A stretch of 64,000 nt of DNA from contig NW_024055498.1 of the NCBI RefSeq assembly GCF_902713615.1, positions 4,768,554 to 4,832,553 on the forward strand, in the 5' to 3' direction. The stretch comes from Scyliorhinus canicula. Lineage: Eukaryota. The translations under genes were made by a program, and so were the position numbers. Below the pieces are notes generated by a model, which was not told the origin of the DNA, searched no databases, and worked only from the letters and a program-made list of their open reading frames with translations. Below are positions 60,628 to 64,000 of the stretch, piece after piece (position 1 is the first letter of the stretch; the number at the start of each line of letters is the position of its first letter).

Positions 60628-60700
60628 GGGCCAGTGGCGCAATGGATAATGTGTCTGACTATGAATCAGGAGAATCCAGGTTTGACTCATGGTTGACTTT
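60628..60700 (+). tRNA. tRNA-Arg(ACG) pseudogene (anticodon decayed to ATG)
   Basis: Colinear 73-nt match to GGGCCAGTGGCGCAATGGATAACGCGTCTGACTACGGATCAG...; multiple CpG transitions, B-box GTTCGA>GTTTGA. Confidence 0.82.
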
Positions 60701-61209
60701 GAGTTCAATGTTTTGGCATCCGGTTTAGCTCAGTTGGCTTGACAGCTGGTTCTTGAGCAAGGTCAACAGGGCATGATCAATTCTCGCATCAGCTGAGTTT
60801 ATTCATTAAGGGCCTGACTTCTCAATTTAACCCCTCGTTTGAGGTGTGGTGATCCTCAGGTTAAATCGCCACCAGGCAGCTCGCCCCTTCAAAACGGAGA
60901 GCAGCCAATGGCCAATAGGGACTCTGGGGACTTTATTGAATCTGACCTGAATCTCCTGCATTACCCGGTTGTTATATTTGATTTCCCCTTGACCTCAAAT
61001 ATTCATTCAACAAATCCAGAAGTACTGAATTTTCAAGTCGCAATGAGAAGCAAAACGTGTTCCGATCTATGATTCTACATTGGATCCAATGATGTGTTCA
61101 CTTCCACTGCAGCTTGACTCATTACTGGAACAGACACTGTGTTTGTTACTCTCCAAGTGAGTGAATCCTTTGCTGTTTATCCTCTGGGGCAGCCTGAGCC
61201 TGTGGCCGC

Positions 61210-62133
61210 TCTCACCGTCACAATGCCCGTGTGATTGATGGCAGCTCCAGACCAATCGGAAGAGGAGGGGCGGTCTGGAGGACCGACTGGGAGCAGCTGG
61301 ACCTCCAACCAATTGGAGTGAACGAGGGGCGGGGCCCGCTGTGATTGAAGCATGCGCAGTGTGGGTAATGGCGAGGGACAAGGACTGTCTTCAGATCCGA
61401 AATTGGTAACAAACGATTAACGATATGGAGGGAGCGAAAGATCGCAGGTTTGGGCGGAAACGTTCCCTGAGCACTTTGTGTGAGTCATTATCCTCAGAAA
61501 AAAGTTTACGCGACCCAGTTTGTACCGAGCGGAGCTGCAGCTCATATTCGCCTCAGATTAACGGCCGCCATCTTTATTGGATGTGCATCAGGGCGCATGC
61601 GCGTTTGTTCAATGAGTGGGAGGGGCTTGTTCCCCATTGTTCAGAATTGTCCATCAAACTGGATTAGCCTTTGACTCCCAATTTCTTATGAAGCAAAGCG
61701 GTGGCAGAGATGGAAAGAAAAGGAAGCCAATCCCTCTCTCCAGATTTCACTGTTTTATCAGACATTCTGTCCCATGTGTCCAAAGCTCTGCGGCTCTGTT
61801 CAACCCTGAGGAGACGTCACCCTCAAATCGAGGGACTGCTGATGACGAGGGTCAGTGTGCAACGGGGGGCATGAGCGGTCATTCTGGACCCATAAGCAGG
61901 AGGGGAGAATGTTGTGAATTTCTATCCTGGACTGACAGTGTTTAATTTTGGAAACTCCTTTTGCAGGGGATTAGTAGGGGAGGATTTACACACAGCAAAT
62001 TCAAACCAGGAGAAATGTTTATTTTTCCTGAATTTTATTTCTGGACTGACAGTGATGCCTTTGTAAACTTCTTTCACAGGGGCTTAGAAAGGGATTCACA
62101 GACAAGAAGCTCACAACCAATCCTCACATCAAA
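61210..62133 (+). promoter_or_regulatory. ZNF promoter/first-exon cassette B plus acceptor segment (AG at 62078-79), no finger array visible
   Basis: Paralogue of 40440-41250 + 42965-43135; YY1 ggccgccatcttt 61563, NRF1 gcgcatgcgc 61593-61602. Confidence 0.7.
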
Positions 62134-62814
62134 TGAAAGAAAATCGCTTATTATCACGAGTAGGCTTCAAATGAAGTTACTGTGAAAAGCCCCTAGTCGC
62201 CACATTCCCATCTTAAATAGCACTGAATAGAGTGAGAGCTGAGCGGTGACAGGCCCGGGTTACCGGCCGCCATCTTTCCAGAGGACAGTGCACCGCGGGG
62301 AAAGGGCTGGTTTAGCACAGTGGGCTAAGACAGCCGGGTTGTGATGCAGAACAGGACCAGCAGCGCGGGTTCAATTCCCGTTCCAGCCTCCCCGAACAGG
62401 CGCCCGAGGGTGGCGACTGTGGGCTTTTCACAGTAACCTATTTGAAGCCTACTTGTGACAATAAGCGATTATTATTATTTTGAGCTGCGAGTCTTGACCG
62501 GATGCCAACTCTCCCGGATTGACTGACTGGAGTCTCCAGGATTTTATTTTAATCATTTGTGGCAGTCACTGGCTGGGCCAACATTTATTGCCCATCCCTA
62601 ATTTCCTTTAAACCGAGTGGCTGGCTGGCCATCTCGGAGGGCATTTAAAGAATCAACCACATTTCTGTGGTTTGAACCGTGTTGGCCAGACCAGGTAAGG
62701 ATGGCAGATTTACTTTTCTGTTCATTCATGGGATGTGGGTGTCGCTGGCTGGGCCAGCATTCACTGCCCAGCCCTAATTGCCCTTGAACTGAGAGCAGCT
62801 CAGAGAGCATAGAA

Positions 62815-63345
62815 AGCATCCTATCACCACAGAAAGCATCTTATCTGGCCGCATCACAGACTGGTATGGCAACTGCTCGGCCCAGGACCGCAAGAAACTT
62901 CAGAAAGTCGTGAACACTGCCCAGTCTATCACACAAACCTGCCTCCCATCCATTGACTCTATCCACACCTCCCGCTGCCTGGGGAAAGCGGGCAGCATAA
63001 TCAAAGATCCCTCCCAGTTGGCTTACTCACACTTCCAACTTCTTCCATCGGGCAGGAGATACAGAAGTCTGAGAACACGCACAAACAGATTAAAAAACAG
63101 CTTCTTCCCCACTGTCACCGGACTCCTAAATGACCCTCTTATGGACTGACCTCATTAACACTACACCTGTATGCTTCATCCGATGCTGGTGCTTATGTAG
63201 TTACATTGCATATCTTGTGTTGGCCTATTATGTATTTTCTTTTATTCCCGTTTCATCCCATGTACTTAATGATCTGTTGAACTGCTCGCAGAAAAATACT
63301 TTTCACTGTACCTCAGTACACGTGACAATAAACAAATCCATCCAT
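62815..63345 (+). mobile_element. Rex1/Babar-like LINE 3' end
   Basis: NTAQSITQTCLPSIDSIHTSRCLGKAGSIIKD...RLKNSFFP, paralogous to 26450-26970; (atcc)n tail. Confidence 0.85.
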
Positions 63346-63719
63346 CCATTTTAAGGGTCAACCAGCTGACTGTGGATCTGGAGTCACATGTAGGCCAGAC
63401 CAGGTAAGGATAGAAGATTTCCTTCACTGAAGGACAGGAGTGAACCACGTGGGTCTTCACAACAATTGATAATGGTTTCATGATCATCAGTAAACTTTCA
63501 ATCAATTCAAATTTTACCTTCTGCCTTGGTGAGATTCATGTCTGGGTGTCTGGAAAATCATTGGGACAGAAAAAAATATTTTTGTGACTCTGGAACATGA
63601 TTAGAACAGTAAAAATATTAATTTTGGGTCTCTGGAAAATCATGAGGACAGTAAAAAAGATTTTTGAACATTTCTCTTCAGTGGATATAAAACGGAATGA
63701 AGGTTGTTTGGCTGACAGT

Positions 63720-64000
63720 CCATAAGACCATAAGACATAGGAGCGGAAGTAAGGCCATTCGGCCCATCGAGTCCACTCCACCATTCAATCATGGTTGATT
63801 TCAACTCCATTTACCCGCTCTCTCCCCATAGCCCTTAATTCCTCGAGAAATCAAGAATTTATCAATTTCTCTCTTAAAGACACTCAACGTCCCGGCCTCC
63901 ACCGCCCTCTGTGGCAATGAATTCCACAGACCTACCACTCTCTGGCTGAAGAAATTTCTCCTCATCTCTGTTCTAAAGTGACTCCCTTTTATTCTAAGGC
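63720..64000 (-). mobile_element. Young CR1 LINE 3' end (runs off the window)
   Basis: (cataagac)n tail and ataggagcggaagtaaggccattcggccc. Confidence 0.85.

Noticed and set aside
63540-63670. Three ~45-bp imperfect tandem units
   Set aside because: Short local slippage repeat with no associated feature.

Overview
This is cartilaginous-fish (shark) genomic DNA; the SINE repertoire looks catshark-like, but that is inference. Bases ~3.3-22.3 kb hold one complete, unrearranged and apparently functional IgM heavy-chain cluster of the shark multicluster type: leader, VH(23-RSS), D1(12/22), D2(12/12), JH(23), a 9-kb J-C intron, Cmu1-4 with secretory tail, TM1 and TM2. All splice sites and reading frames check out by hand. 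The J-C intron carries a ~5-kb ordered stack of tandem repeats: C-rich 14-mers, a 40-mer, a G-rich 20-mer, and an AGCT/TGACGT-rich 29-mer amplified from the head of a SINE. A perfect octamer follows the stack. I consider this the best candidate for novel biology here, as a possible switch-like or enhancer region. Bases ~28-64 kb are a decaying cluster of KRAB-less tandem C2H2 zinc-finger gene cassettes: one intact 11-finger ORF, two damaged copies, two finger-less promoter/exon copies, and a repeated CCAAT/GC-box/NRF1/YY1 promoter module. This half is packed with SINEs, CR1, L1, Rex1-like and Penelope-like retroelements, a MITE, a solo LTR and two tRNA pseudogenes. No CRISPR, rRNA or prokaryotic system is present. 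All counts and alignments were done by eye; repeat family names and TE boundaries are approximate.
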